From positions 6,594 to 70,593 of the forward strand of contig CAZPER010000006.1 of NCBI GenBank assembly GCA_964585655.1: a stretch of DNA of 64,000 nt. The letters are read 5' to 3'. Position 1 is the stretch's first letter; the number at the start of each line of letters is the position of its first letter. The DNA comes from an uncultured Gemmatimonadaceae bacterium (GTDB lineage: Bacteria; Gemmatimonadota; Gemmatimonadetes; Gemmatimonadales; GWC2-71-9). Shown piece after piece: positions 36,785 to 46,749 of the stretch. Under the pieces are notes generated by a model that saw only the letters and a program-made list of their open reading frames with translations, did not search any database and was not told the origin of the DNA. The position numbers and the translations under genes were made by a program.

Positions 36785-37701
36785 GGCGTGTGGCGGCGCA
36801 CCAGGGCCATGCCCACGTCGCCCACCACCTGGAGGCTCCCGGCGCGCACCTTGTCGAGGGAGTCGGCTGGGGTGTGCCAGTAGCTGTTGCCCGGGCCGTA
36901 GCTGAAGTCCACGACGTCGATGGCCCGGATGCCCACCTTCTGCAGCTCGACGTGATCATCGATCAGGGTGGGTCCCTGCCCGGGGGCGTTCACGAACACC
37001 GACGCATGGCCGATCTCCTTCGCCACGGTCCACACCAGGTCCACCACTTCCGGCGCGCCCAGCACCGATTGCCCCTCGGGGAGGAGCTTGAGGTCGGCGT
37101 CGCCGACGAGATCGAACAGGACGGCGTAGAGCGGCTTGGGGCCGTCGGGCTGGTGCTTCGCGTAGTAGCGGGAGCCGATGAGGACGTCGCCGGCCTCGGT
37201 ATGGAAGTTGGCGTAGTCCTCGCCATCCACGAACAGCAGATCCACCCCGACGGCGGGGGGGGCCAGCTTGAGTGCGTCGGCCATGCCGAGGAGCACGGCC
37301 ACCCCGGAGGCGCCGTCGTTGGCGCCGGGCACGGGCGTCTGCGGCCCCTTGTAGTCGGGATTGTCCGACAGCGGCCGGGTATCCCAGTGGGCCAGGAAGA
37401 GGATCCGCTCCCGCGCCCCGAGGTTGAAGCGGGCGAGGAGGTTCCGCATGGGAAGGGTGTCGCCCTTCCCGGTGACATGATCCCAGGCCTGGACCACGAC
37501 CGAATCGGCACGGGTGCGCAGCAGCGAGTCGAGCCAGGCCGCGGTGGCGGCATGGGCCGGGGTCCCGGGAATGCGGTACCCGAAGCCGACCTGCCGTTCG
37601 AGGTAGGTGAAGGCGACGTTGCCGTTGAACTCTCGTTCGGGCGGGGCGGCGTCCCCACAGGCGGCGAGGAGGAGCAGGAGACCGGGGAGGTAGCGGCGCA
37701 T
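36781..37701 (-). CDS. M28-fold lipoprotein, glutaminyl cyclase-like
   Basis: Lipobox LAAC; AHWDTRP..GANDGASGVAVLL..VDGEDY..DLVGD..DDH..YWHT. Confidence 0.8.
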   Translation of the reverse strand: MRRYLPGLLLLLAACGDAAPPEREFNGNVAFTYLERQVGFGYRIPGTPAHAATAAWLDSLLRTRADSVVVQAWDHVTGKGDTLPMRNLLARFNLGARERILFLAHWDTRPLSDNPDYKGPQTPVPGANDGASGVAVLLGMADALKLAPPAVGVDLLFVDGEDYANFHTEAGDVLIGSRYYAKHQPDGPKPLYAVLFDLVGDADLKLLPEGQSVLGAPEVVDLVWTVAKEIGHASVFVNAPGQGPTLIDDHVELQKVGIRAIDVVDFSYGPGNSYWHTPADSLDKVRAGSLQVVGDVGMALVRRHTP

Positions 37702-37908
37702 GGGGGAGGAAGATCGGGGGGAGGGGGGAGATGGGGGAAGGGGGCGACGGGAGACGATGCGATGCTGCCGTGTTGTCGCGTCGGAGGGCGGCCGCACCGG
37801 AAAGGAAGAATCGCTGAGCGGCGCGCCCTCCGCCGCTCCCCCCCAGCAGCATCGCCCCTCACCCACGGCCCCTCCCGCACCTACCGCCTTGACCGCCCGA
37901 TCCCCGCC

Positions 37909-40900
37909 CTATCGATAGTCCCCCGCATAGAGCGACAACTGGAAGCTCGCCGACACGGTCATCTGGGAGAAGGCGCGGTTGACGTGCTTGGCCTCGGTCA
38001 AGGCGTAACTGAACTGGAGCCCGCCGGACATGATGCGGCCAAGGTCGGTGTCCAGGGTGGCGCGGAGCTCACGGCGCCGGTTGTCGGAGACGACGCCGCA
38101 CGCCGCCTGCGAGCGGAGCTGGAGGCAGCTGGTGCTCTTGGAGAGAATGCCGGTCAGCTGGGAGCGGATGATGCGCCGGGTGCGGCTCAGCGACCGCGGC
38201 AGGGCGATCGCGTGGTTCACGCCGGCGGTGATGTCGTCCTGCTCCACCCGGGTCGTGTTCCCGCCGGAGAGGTCCCGCTGGTTCAGCATGGACCAGCTGC
38301 CGCTCACCACGATGCCGTTGGAGAAGGTGAGCTGCAGGTCCGGGGTCAGGCTGGAGCGCCGTTGCCGGCTCACCGCCGTGCCGCCGCCGGTCGATGGGGT
38401 CAGGGTGGAGCCGGTGGCGCTGCGGAAGGTCGCGCCGAGGCCGATGAGCGAGACGGGAAAGCCGCGGATCGGACGCAGGAGCCGGACGTTGCCCCGGGGC
38501 CACTCCCGCTGGTGCGACTCCGACGTGAGGAAGGTCGCGCCGGAACGCTGAAACCGATTGGTCCGGAGCCGGCTGTACCCGAGCTGGAACGACAGCCCGA
38601 AGGGCAGGTCGGCGCCCGACTGGAAGGTGGTACTCCGCACTTCCGAGGCCCCCAGGGCGGTGTCCCCCTGGGCCCGGAGGAAACGATCGAGTCCGCCCAG
38701 GGCGAGCTGGAAGCCGAGGCTCGGATCGAAGGCCGCGAGGTCAAAGGTGGCGTTGCGGGTAAGGCGGTCGCTGATGTCGAGTGGCCGCAATCGCCGGAGC
38801 CCCTGCCCGAGGCGGCTGGAATCCCCGGCGAGCCGCGCGACCAGGCGGCCGACCTCGAAGGCGGCACCCACCTCCCGAAGCCGCGAGTTGTTGAGCGTCT
38901 GGGGAAGGATGAACGCCCCGGCGGTGTCCCCATCCTCCCGGATCGGCTGCCGGCTGGTGAGGCTCCGGGAGAGGACAAAGTTGCTGGTCGTCAGGTAGCG
39001 GGGACGAAACCAGCTCGTGAGTCGCGGCGCGAGGGTGAGCGAGGTCGAGAGCTGGCGGTCCCGTTCCACGCCGACGTCCATGCCGAACAGGCTGCGCCGG
39101 GCCTGGCCGGCCACCCGCCCGAGGCTGGTCGAGTCGGGGTAGCGGCGCAGGTCGCGGGTGCTGGCCAGGTCGCCGCGCAGGTTGAGCATGCCGAACGGCT
39201 GCCAGCCGAGGCCGGCCGAGTTGCGCCAGGTGTGGAGCAGCGACACCGAGGGAAGCACCGCGCTGTCGAGCGCCCGGCGGACCGGCACCGCGTACGCGAA
39301 GAGATCACCCTCGTTCCGCACCAGCCCGGTGTTGAGACGCACCGAAGCGGGGACGAGGCTGAGCAGCGGCCGGGCCAGCGCCTTGCCGCCTTCACTCTCC
39401 CGCAGGAAGGTCGGCAGCTTCGCGACCAGCCCGGAGAGGTCGAGCGTCGGCCCTCGGGGCCGGGATTGCAGTTGGTAGGTTGCCTGGAGATTCCGGCTGG
39501 CGGCGCTCGCTTCCGAGAGCTCGGTGGTGCTGCGGGAATCGGAGAAGCTGCCGCTGACGCTGAGGGGATCCACCAGTCCCCGGAGCAGCCAGGAGGCCCC
39601 GCGCCGGGTGCGGCGGATGCTGAAGCTGTAGTTGACCGACCAGCTCTCGGGGGTGCGCAGCCGGGCGAGATCGCGACCTTCGATATCGCTGCCGGTGAGC
39701 AGTTCGGGTGTCACCGTGGACCGGGCGTAACTGACCTGGACCGGGACCGCGAGGCCGAGCGCGGCCGGCAGGAAGCGCTCCACCCGGACGCTGCTCGCGA
39801 GCCGGAGGGTACCCGTCGTCCGATAGGAGGGGTCCTGCCCGATCTGCTGGAAGTGGCCGTCCTGACGGACGTACCCCGCGCTCAGCTCGGCCACATCCGA
39901 CGCCACCAGCCGCCCCTCCAGGGCCAGCGCCGACCCGACCCGGGCGATCGGCTCCGCGACCCGGATGTCGTCCACCCAGACCTCGGCGCTGTCGGTGGCG
40001 TCGCCGGCCGCGCGGCGGAAGATGCCGGCCGCGACCTCCTGGACCTCCGAGAGGTTGGGGGGATTCACCGCCGGATCCTCGACGTGCGCGAGGTACGGCC
40101 CGTCGCACAGGACGTACGCCACCGAGACGGTGTCGCCCCCGCACGCGACCCGTGCGGCGCTGTCCGCCGGGAGGCCCTGCAGCCGGCGGGACTCGATCTG
40201 GGCCCGTAGCGCGCGCCATTTGTCGAGGCTCACCCGGATCTCCGGCTCCCAGGTGACGGTGGAGGCATTGGCCAGGAACTGGTAGAAGTTCCGGCTGTCG
40301 CTGCCCACGCGCACGTACACCTCGAAATCCCGGCTGTCCCACCCCGGTCCACGACCGCGGGCCCAGGCGCGCAGTTCACGGTAGCGGAGCAGGTTCTGCG
40401 GCCCGCTGGGAAACCGGAAGTACGCCTCGGCTCGCTGCCCGGGCTGGATGCCGCGGGCGATGACCCGCAACGAACGCTCGTTGACCTGGCTGCCGAACTC
40501 CCCCTGGCTGCCCCCCTTCTTGTCCAGCCCGCCGCGCACCCCGGGCGGGGAAGTGTAGCCCAGCTCCACGTTTTCGGTGGAGACGGTGGAGGACACCACC
40601 TCGCCGGTCGCGGCACTGGTGGCGCCGGCCAGGCTGGCTACGGGCCGTTCCGAGCGGCGGACCCACGGGGAGCCCAGGAATCGCATGCGGGCGAGGGCCC
40701 AGAAAGCCCGGACGTCCGGTCCTCCCTGGTCCGGCGCGGCCACGGCCGTCAGCCGGAGGTGCTTCACCAGGCGGATGTTGGGGGAGCCGATCTCGTGCTC
40801 CGGGGTGCGCAGCGGGATGCGGTAGAGCCGCCACTCCCCCGAGTCGGCGGAGACGCTTCCCAGCCGCACGAAGTACGGGCTCGATTCGAGATCCACCACC

Positions 40901-43900
40901 CAGCGGAGCAGATTCTCGTTGCTGCCGTCGGCGTCGAGCTGGTTGTCGTTGTCCAGGTCCTCGGCGTCCAGCACCCCGTTCCCGTTACTGCAGCGCGCAC
41001 TCAGGTCACCCCAGGGATAGATCGCCACCACCCCGGAGAGGATCTGCCGGCAGAGCGGGGGCCGCTCCACGACCAGGTCATCGTCGCGGACAATCTGGTC
41101 CGGCCGATCTGCCAGGATGCCGACATCATCGAGCTCGGCGTTGAAGACCCCGGTGGGCTGGCGCTCGGTGTCGAGCCGTCCGAGGCCGACGAACTGCCGC
41201 CCGGTGAACACCGAATCGCTCCCGGCAACGGTGACGCTCTCGGGGGCGATCGCGATGGCGTCCTCGCTCACCGTGCCAAGATCCACGAGGAGCTGCAGGC
41301 CCGCCCGCCCGGTGCTGTTCGAGCTGTCCCGGAAGACCCAGAACTCCAGGAATTCATTCTTCGAGAGGTCCACGCCGGTGGAGCTGAGCGAGGTGACCAG
41401 GGAGCGCCAGCGGGGGGCATTGGGGCGGGTCGGGAGCACCCACTGGAGCCGGCTCTGGCGGTTGACGAGTCCGCCCGCGGTGTCGGCCGCCAGCGTCATG
41501 AAGAGGGCGGTCTCGAGCTGGTCCTGCTGGCCCGCCACCTGGATCCGGGGATCGATGTCCCGGGCCCGCAGCTGCAACGCCTGTCCGCTGCCGGTGGCGA
41601 CCAGGTTCTGCCAGCTGAGCTGGGCCACGTCGGCGGTGTCGAATACCTGGCCCACGATGGTCTCCACCCCCAGCGCGGACTGGGGCCGGCTGCCGGTTTC
41701 CCACAGCGTCTCGCGCAGGGAGAGCTGGACCCCGGGATCCCCCTCGAACTCCTCGAGGTAGGCCTGGCCCGAGCGGTTCGGGTCGGGGCGGGTGAAGGCC
41801 AGCTCCGCGTCGAGGTCGAGCCGCGACGGGGCGGTCGCCGGGGTGGACGTCAGGCGGTTCATGAACCGGGTCACGGCACCGGGCCGGAATCGAAGGTCGG
41901 TGCTGATCCCGCCCACCATGTGGGCCTGAGCCTCGAAGCCGAGCTGTGGCCGGTTGAAGGCGCTCTTCTCGGTCTGGTAGATCCCGAGGAGGTTGACGCC
42001 GCCCACTTCCCCAAAGCTGTACCGGGTGGAGACCCCGAAGATCTGGGTGGGAGCGACGGCAAAGACCCCGCGTTCCTCGAATCGGGCCTGGATGCCGGCG
42101 CCCCCGCTCCCGAAGAGCCCCTGAGGGTCGGTGAAGGAGACCTGTCCCAGGTCGTAGTTGATGGAGTAGTCCACCCCCTTCTCCAGGCGGCGCCCGTTCA
42201 GGAACAGCGCCTCGCTGCCATCGCGGATCTGCAGGGCGCCGAGATCCAGGGTGGAAGGGTCGCTGGTGGAACTGGCGTTGTAGCGCAGCCGGAAGACGAA
42301 CTTGGCCGAGGGCCCTTCGGTGAGAAGGAGATAGTCCGGGGTGCGGTAGAGCGAATCGTTGCGTTCGGTGGCGAGGAGCCGGGTCGGATCGGCAAACGGC
42401 TCCAGGTGGGGCGGAACGATGTACGACTCCCGGATCGTCCCGGCGGCGGCGGGGTCCCGCAACCGCGGGAACAGCCGGTCCTGCAGGTTGAAGTCGCCAG
42501 GATCGGCGGCGGTGGCCAGGCCCAGTTCGGCGAGGTAGGTCGGCTGGGCCCCGGGCCGGAGCGGGCGCTCCGAGCGGTTCAGGCTCAGCCCCACCTTCAC
42601 CGAGTTCAGGTCGAGGTCCGCCCCCGCCACCCGGTAGATGTGACGCATCTCGTGCCGGAAGGTGGGCCGAGTCGCGTCCACCCGGGGCTGGACCACCAGG
42701 CGCAGCGTATCCCTCGGCGGCTGACCTGGCGGAACCGGGGTATCCGCGGCGGGGAAGGTGCCCACCGGCCCGGCGGCACTCAGGTAGCTCACCGCGAGGT
42801 AGTCGTTGAGATCCAGCCGCGCGGCAAGCGCAAACCAGAGCCCGCTGGGGTCGACGTAGTAGTCGAGGTCGCGCTGCAGCAGCTGCCACTGGGCGTTCAC
42901 CCGCTGGGTCGTATCGGCGCCGAGGGCGATGGCGTTGATGCCGCCAAGGTTCGGATTGACACCGGTGCGGGACGGCGGGCGGTAGCGGTAGACCCGGATG
43001 TCCCCGCTGATGACGGCGGCGGCGGGCAGGCCGCTGCGGTCGATGCCGAGGATGTCCACCGCCGGGTAGGCGGGGACGAGCTGGGGATCCACCGTCCAGA
43101 AGAAGCGGCTGGCTTCGAAATCGAGGTCGCGGGCCTCACGGTCCTGAGGCTGCACCGTGGTGGTCCCGACGGTGTAGCTCCGTTCGACGACGACGCTCCC
43201 CTCCTGGGTTGCCGCGATGCCCTGCAGGGTGAGGGGGCCCACCTCGAAGGTGGCGTTGACGCCGAAGTTGTTGGCGGGGATGGCGGCGGTGATGAATCGG
43301 GAGTTGGGTGGCCGGAAGACCACGGTCCCGAGCTCCACCCGGCGCACGATTTCGTCGTCCAGCCCCTCGTAGTAGAGCTGGAGGTTGTTCCGCGCGCTGA
43401 AGTCCCGCTCGGTATCGTAGTCCACGTCCACGTGCAGCCGCTGGCCGATGAGCCCCCCGGAGCGCACGGCCAGGTAGGAATCGAGCCGGGGCGCCTTCCA
43501 GGTGCCGCGGCAGCCGGAGTTGAGGTCCAGGTACTGGGCCGAGGTGCAGCGCAGGTTCTTGAGCCGTTCGGTGCGGATTTCGAGCCGGGCGTTGCCGTCG
43601 AGGCTCAGGTCGGCGTAGCGCCGCGAGAGACCCAGGAGCCCCCGGCGGCCAGGTTGACTATCCTCCGGGGACACCGCGCGGGCGCCATAGAGGCGGCGGA
43701 GGCGGAAGGCGGTGGTCCGGCGGGCCCGGGCCGAATCCAGGGAGGACTGGAGCGCGCTGTCCCACGCCGCCCGGGCGAGGGTGGCGGGCCGGCGGACGCC
43801 GCCATCCCAGGGGCTCCGGAACACCGCTGGGGTACGCAATTCGAGCCCCGGCGGGGACCGGAAGCGAAGCCAGGCGGTGAAGGTGGTATCCCCCTGGGCG

Positions 43901-43953
43901 GCCAGCGCGGCGGGCGCGGCGAGGAGGAGCGCCACCGAGGCGAGAAATCGCAC
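37909..43953 (-). CDS. sprA: SprA-like outer-membrane translocon (type IX secretion)
   Basis: ~2014 aa; signal peptide ..LLLAAPAALAA|Q; IGQRLHVDVDYDTERDF..LYYEGLDDEIVRRVELG; AYLEEFEG; DAEDLDNDNQLD; WRLYRIPL; EVWVDDIRV; long beta-strand C-half. Start uncertain (GTG 43953). Confidence 0.85.
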   Translation of the reverse strand: MRFLASVALLLAAPAALAAQGDTTFTAWLRFRSPPGLELRTPAVFRSPWDGGVRRPATLARAAWDSALQSSLDSARARRTTAFRLRRLYGARAVSPEDSQPGRRGLLGLSRRYADLSLDGNARLEIRTERLKNLRCTSAQYLDLNSGCRGTWKAPRLDSYLAVRSGGLIGQRLHVDVDYDTERDFSARNNLQLYYEGLDDEIVRRVELGTVVFRPPNSRFITAAIPANNFGVNATFEVGPLTLQGIAATQEGSVVVERSYTVGTTTVQPQDREARDLDFEASRFFWTVDPQLVPAYPAVDILGIDRSGLPAAAVISGDIRVYRYRPPSRTGVNPNLGGINAIALGADTTQRVNAQWQLLQRDLDYYVDPSGLWFALAARLDLNDYLAVSYLSAAGPVGTFPAADTPVPPGQPPRDTLRLVVQPRVDATRPTFRHEMRHIYRVAGADLDLNSVKVGLSLNRSERPLRPGAQPTYLAELGLATAADPGDFNLQDRLFPRLRDPAAAGTIRESYIVPPHLEPFADPTRLLATERNDSLYRTPDYLLLTEGPSAKFVFRLRYNASSTSDPSTLDLGALQIRDGSEALFLNGRRLEKGVDYSINYDLGQVSFTDPQGLFGSGGAGIQARFEERGVFAVAPTQIFGVSTRYSFGEVGGVNLLGIYQTEKSAFNRPQLGFEAQAHMVGGISTDLRFRPGAVTRFMNRLTSTPATAPSRLDLDAELAFTRPDPNRSGQAYLEEFEGDPGVQLSLRETLWETGSRPQSALGVETIVGQVFDTADVAQLSWQNLVATGSGQALQLRARDIDPRIQVAGQQDQLETALFMTLAADTAGGLVNRQSRLQWVLPTRPNAPRWRSLVTSLSSTGVDLSKNEFLEFWVFRDSSNSTGRAGLQLLVDLGTVSEDAIAIAPESVTVAGSDSVFTGRQFVGLGRLDTERQPTGVFNAELDDVGILADRPDQIVRDDDLVVERPPLCRQILSGVVAIYPWGDLSARCSNGNGVLDAEDLDNDNQLDADGSNENLLRWVVDLESSPYFVRLGSVSADSGEWRLYRIPLRTPEHEIGSPNIRLVKHLRLTAVAAPDQGGPDVRAFWALARMRFLGSPWVRRSERPVASLAGATSAATGEVVSSTVSTENVELGYTSPPGVRGGLDKKGGSQGEFGSQVNERSLRVIARGIQPGQRAEAYFRFPSGPQNLLRYRELRAWARGRGPGWDSRDFEVYVRVGSDSRNFYQFLANASTVTWEPEIRVSLDKWRALRAQIESRRLQGLPADSAARVACGGDTVSVAYVLCDGPYLAHVEDPAVNPPNLSEVQEVAAGIFRRAAGDATDSAEVWVDDIRVAEPIARVGSALALEGRLVASDVAELSAGYVRQDGHFQQIGQDPSYRTTGTLRLASSVRVERFLPAALGLAVPVQVSYARSTVTPELLTGSDIEGRDLARLRTPESWSVNYSFSIRRTRRGASWLLRGLVDPLSVSGSFSDSRSTTELSEASAASRNLQATYQLQSRPRGPTLDLSGLVAKLPTFLRESEGGKALARPLLSLVPASVRLNTGLVRNEGDLFAYAVPVRRALDSAVLPSVSLLHTWRNSAGLGWQPFGMLNLRGDLASTRDLRRYPDSTSLGRVAGQARRSLFGMDVGVERDRQLSTSLTLAPRLTSWFRPRYLTTSNFVLSRSLTSRQPIREDGDTAGAFILPQTLNNSRLREVGAAFEVGRLVARLAGDSSRLGQGLRRLRPLDISDRLTRNATFDLAAFDPSLGFQLALGGLDRFLRAQGDTALGASEVRSTTFQSGADLPFGLSFQLGYSRLRTNRFQRSGATFLTSESHQREWPRGNVRLLRPIRGFPVSLIGLGATFRSATGSTLTPSTGGGTAVSRQRRSSLTPDLQLTFSNGIVVSGSWSMLNQRDLSGGNTTRVEQDDITAGVNHAIALPRSLSRTRRIIRSQLTGILSKSTSCLQLRSQAACGVVSDNRRRELRATLDTDLGRIMSGGLQFSYALTEAKHVNRAFSQMTVSASFQLSLYAGDYR

Positions 43954-43993
43954 GAGGGGAGCTGGGACTCGGACTGAAACGGGAGTATCAGAC

Positions 43994-44043
43994 TTGAAGC
44001 TGCGGGACACCGGGAATATACTGGCCAGGTAGAAGGCATACAA
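43994..44043. promoter_or_regulatory. Back-to-back sigma70 promoters for sprA and lptF with overlapping -10 boxes
   Basis: Plus strand: TTGAAG(43994)-17-TATACT(44017). Minus strand: TTGTAT(44043)-17-TATATT(44020). Confidence 0.65.
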
Positions 44044-44072
44044 CTCGTTACCACACGGAGACTTCGGCACTC

Positions 44073-45611
44073 GTGCGCCTGCTCGACCGGTACCTCGTCC
44101 GCCAGTTCATTTCCCCCCTCGTCTTTGCCTTCCTGGCGATGACGAGCATCATGCTGCTCAATCAGGTGGCCCGGCGGTTCGGGGCCCTGGTGGGAAAGGG
44201 GCTGCCCTGGTCGGTCATCGGCGAGGTGTTCCTGCTCTGCCTGCCGTTCATCATCGCGATGACCCTGCCGATGGCGGTGCTGGTGGCGATGCTCTACACC
44301 TTCAGCCACCTGGCCGCCGACAGCGAGATCACCGCGATGCGCGCCAGCGGGCTGAGCGTCGGCCAGCTGGTCCGCCCCATGGTGCTCGTGGGGGTGCTCA
44401 TCACGGCGGTCAACTTCTGGTTCACCGACCAGGTGCTCCCCGAGTCGAACGCCCGGCTGCGCAACCTGCTGATCAATATCCAGCGCAAGAAGCCGACGCT
44501 GGAGCTGCGGGAGCAGGTGATCAACGAGATCCCCCCTTCCGGGCTCTTCCTCCGCGCTAGCCGGATCGATCCGACCTCGGGGCGGCTCCGCAGCGTCACC
44601 ATCTACGACATGGCCGGCACCGACGGCCGGCGGGTGATCTACGCCGACAGCGGCGTCATGGGCTTCACCGAGGTGGGGACCGACCTGCAGCTCAAGCTGT
44701 TCGACGGCTCGGTCCACGCCTTCCGCCAGAGCGATCCGTCGCTCATGCAGATCACCGATTTCACCACCAACACGATCCGGGTCCGGGACGTCTCCAACCG
44801 GCTGGACCTCGAGGCCAATGACGGGGTCCGGGGCGACCGGGAGATGACCACCTGCGAGATGATGGAAGTGGTGGGCGGCGCGCGGTACGAGGTCCGCCTG
44901 GCGGAGGCACGCCGCCGGGTCTCGGCTGACCGCGACCTCCGGGCGCTGCTGGTGCTGCCCCAGACGGGCGGGCCGGCCCGCGCCGACCGGCCCCCGCCGC
45001 CGGCCTACTGCCGGGCGTTCGCCGCCCTTGGCCAGAGGGTGGGGACGGCGCCCGGGGACTCGGGCACACAGCCGGCGGAGCCGGTCGTGCCGATCTATGG
45101 GGAGACGGACAACATCCCCCAGATGCCGCTCGCCGGGGTGGTGCTCCCCCCGGCCCGGCAGCCGGGAATGCGGCTCCCGACCAACCTCACCTCCTGGGCC
45201 GAGGTCTCCGCCGCGCGGGACGAGGTCAAGACTTCGGGCGGGCGGGCCAACCAGTACCTGGTGGAAGTCCACAAGAAGTGGGCGATCAGCGTGGCCTGCC
45301 TGGTCTTCGCCCTGGTGGGGATCCCCATGGCACTCCGCTTTCCCCGCGGCGGCATGGGCCTGGTGATCGGCGGCGGGCTCGGCGTCTTCGCCATCTACTA
45401 CGTGGGCCTCATTGCCGGCGAGGGGCTGGGCAACAAGAACATCGTCCCGCCCTGGCTCGCGATGTGGGCGCCGAACCTGATCTTCGTGACCGTGGCGATC
45501 ATCGGGATCATCCGGGTGGGCCGCGAGTCGGGCTCCACCCGCGGCGGCGACCTGACCGAGCTGTGGGAGAACCTCACCGGCCGGTTCCGCCGGCAGAAGG
45601 CGGCGGACTGA
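44073..45611 (+). CDS. lptF: LPS export permease, LptF/LptG family (first of pair)
   Basis: LLDRYLVRQF..TLPMAVL..DSEITAMRASG..VEVHKKWAISVAC..WAPN. Confidence 0.9.
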   Translation: MRLLDRYLVRQFISPLVFAFLAMTSIMLLNQVARRFGALVGKGLPWSVIGEVFLLCLPFIIAMTLPMAVLVAMLYTFSHLAADSEITAMRASGLSVGQLVRPMVLVGVLITAVNFWFTDQVLPESNARLRNLLINIQRKKPTLELREQVINEIPPSGLFLRASRIDPTSGRLRSVTIYDMAGTDGRRVIYADSGVMGFTEVGTDLQLKLFDGSVHAFRQSDPSLMQITDFTTNTIRVRDVSNRLDLEANDGVRGDREMTTCEMMEVVGGARYEVRLAEARRRVSADRDLRALLVLPQTGGPARADRPPPPAYCRAFAALGQRVGTAPGDSGTQPAEPVVPIYGETDNIPQMPLAGVVLPPARQPGMRLPTNLTSWAEVSAARDEVKTSGGRANQYLVEVHKKWAISVACLVFALVGIPMALRFPRGGMGLVIGGGLGVFAIYYVGLIAGEGLGNKNIVPPWLAMWAPNLIFVTVAIIGIIRVGRESGSTRGGDLTELWENLTGRFRRQKAAD

Positions 45612-46688
45612 GTGCGCCTGCTCGACCGCTACGTCCTGCGCTCCTGGGTACTGATCTTCGGACTCACCGCGATCGGCTTTCCGGTGGTGTCCATCATGAT
45701 CAACATGACCGACAACCTGGAGCGGCTGCTGGACCGGGGGCTCAAGCTGCCGGAGATCGTCGAGAGCTACATGTACGCCCTGCCGGAGAACATCTTCCTG
45801 GTGATGCCGGCGGCGGTGCTGTTCGCCACGGTGTTTACCATCGGCAACCTGGGGCGCCACTCGGAGCTGACCGCTGCCAAGGCCGGGGGGTGGAGCTTTC
45901 ACCGGCTGGCGCTGCCGATCTACCTCGCCGCGATCGGCGCGGCCGGGCTCTCGTTCGTGGTCGGGGAACTGGCGCCCGAGGCCACCAGCAAGCAGCTGGA
46001 ACTGCAGAAGGCCAAGGTGGCGAAGCCGCGCACCGCCCGGTACAACTTCGTCTTCCGGGCCGACCAGGGATGGGTGTACACGATCCGCTCGCTCGACGTG
46101 CAGCACCGGATGCTGCGGCAGCTGGTGTTCGAGCGGCAGGGGAAGGGCCCCGACTACCCCAACCTGGCCATCACCGCGGACAGCGCCACCTACAACGACA
46201 CCCTGCGCACCTGGCAGCTCTGGAACGGCACCAGCCGGCGGCTGCTGGAGAACGGCACCCAGGTGACGTACCGCTTCGCGTCGGCCCGGCTCCGGGCGCT
46301 GTCGCAGGAGCCGGTGGACCTGCTGGCCGAGCCGAAGGCGCCGGAGGAGATGCGCTATCGGGAGCTGACGCGGTACATCGAGGCGCTGCAGCGCTCGGGC
46401 AACGACACCAGCAAGATCGAGGTGGACCGGGCGCTCAAGATCGCGCTGCCGGCCACCTGCCTGGTCATCGCGCTCTTTGGGGCGCCGCTCGCCATCACCT
46501 CCCCCCGCCAGGGCACCGCCATCGGGATCGCGATCAGCCTGGGGACCACGGTGGTGTTCCTGTCCTTCATTCAGCTGTCCAAGGCGGTGGGGGTGACCGG
46601 CGTGGTAAACCCGGTGGCGGCGGCGTGGGCCCCCAACGCGATCTTCCTGGCCGCGGCGCTCTGGCTGATCAGCCGGGTGCGGTCGTAG
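45612..46688 (+). CDS. lptG: LPS export permease, LptF/LptG family (second of pair)
   Basis: LLDRYVLR..HSELTAAKAGG..KIALPA..AAWAPN. Confidence 0.9.
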   Translation: MRLLDRYVLRSWVLIFGLTAIGFPVVSIMINMTDNLERLLDRGLKLPEIVESYMYALPENIFLVMPAAVLFATVFTIGNLGRHSELTAAKAGGWSFHRLALPIYLAAIGAAGLSFVVGELAPEATSKQLELQKAKVAKPRTARYNFVFRADQGWVYTIRSLDVQHRMLRQLVFERQGKGPDYPNLAITADSATYNDTLRTWQLWNGTSRRLLENGTQVTYRFASARLRALSQEPVDLLAEPKAPEEMRYRELTRYIEALQRSGNDTSKIEVDRALKIALPATCLVIALFGAPLAITSPRQGTAIGIAISLGTTVVFLSFIQLSKAVGVTGVVNPVAAAWAPNAIFLAAALWLISRVRS

Positions 46689-46749
46689 GGCGGTCAGGCG
46701 ATTGGGCTGCCGGGCGACCACAAGGGTCGCCCGCGCTGTATCTTGGAGC

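Noticed and set aside
36790..43977. 1139-aa and 1072-aa plus-strand ORFs
   Set aside because: Antisense shadows of sprA and the QC-like gene.
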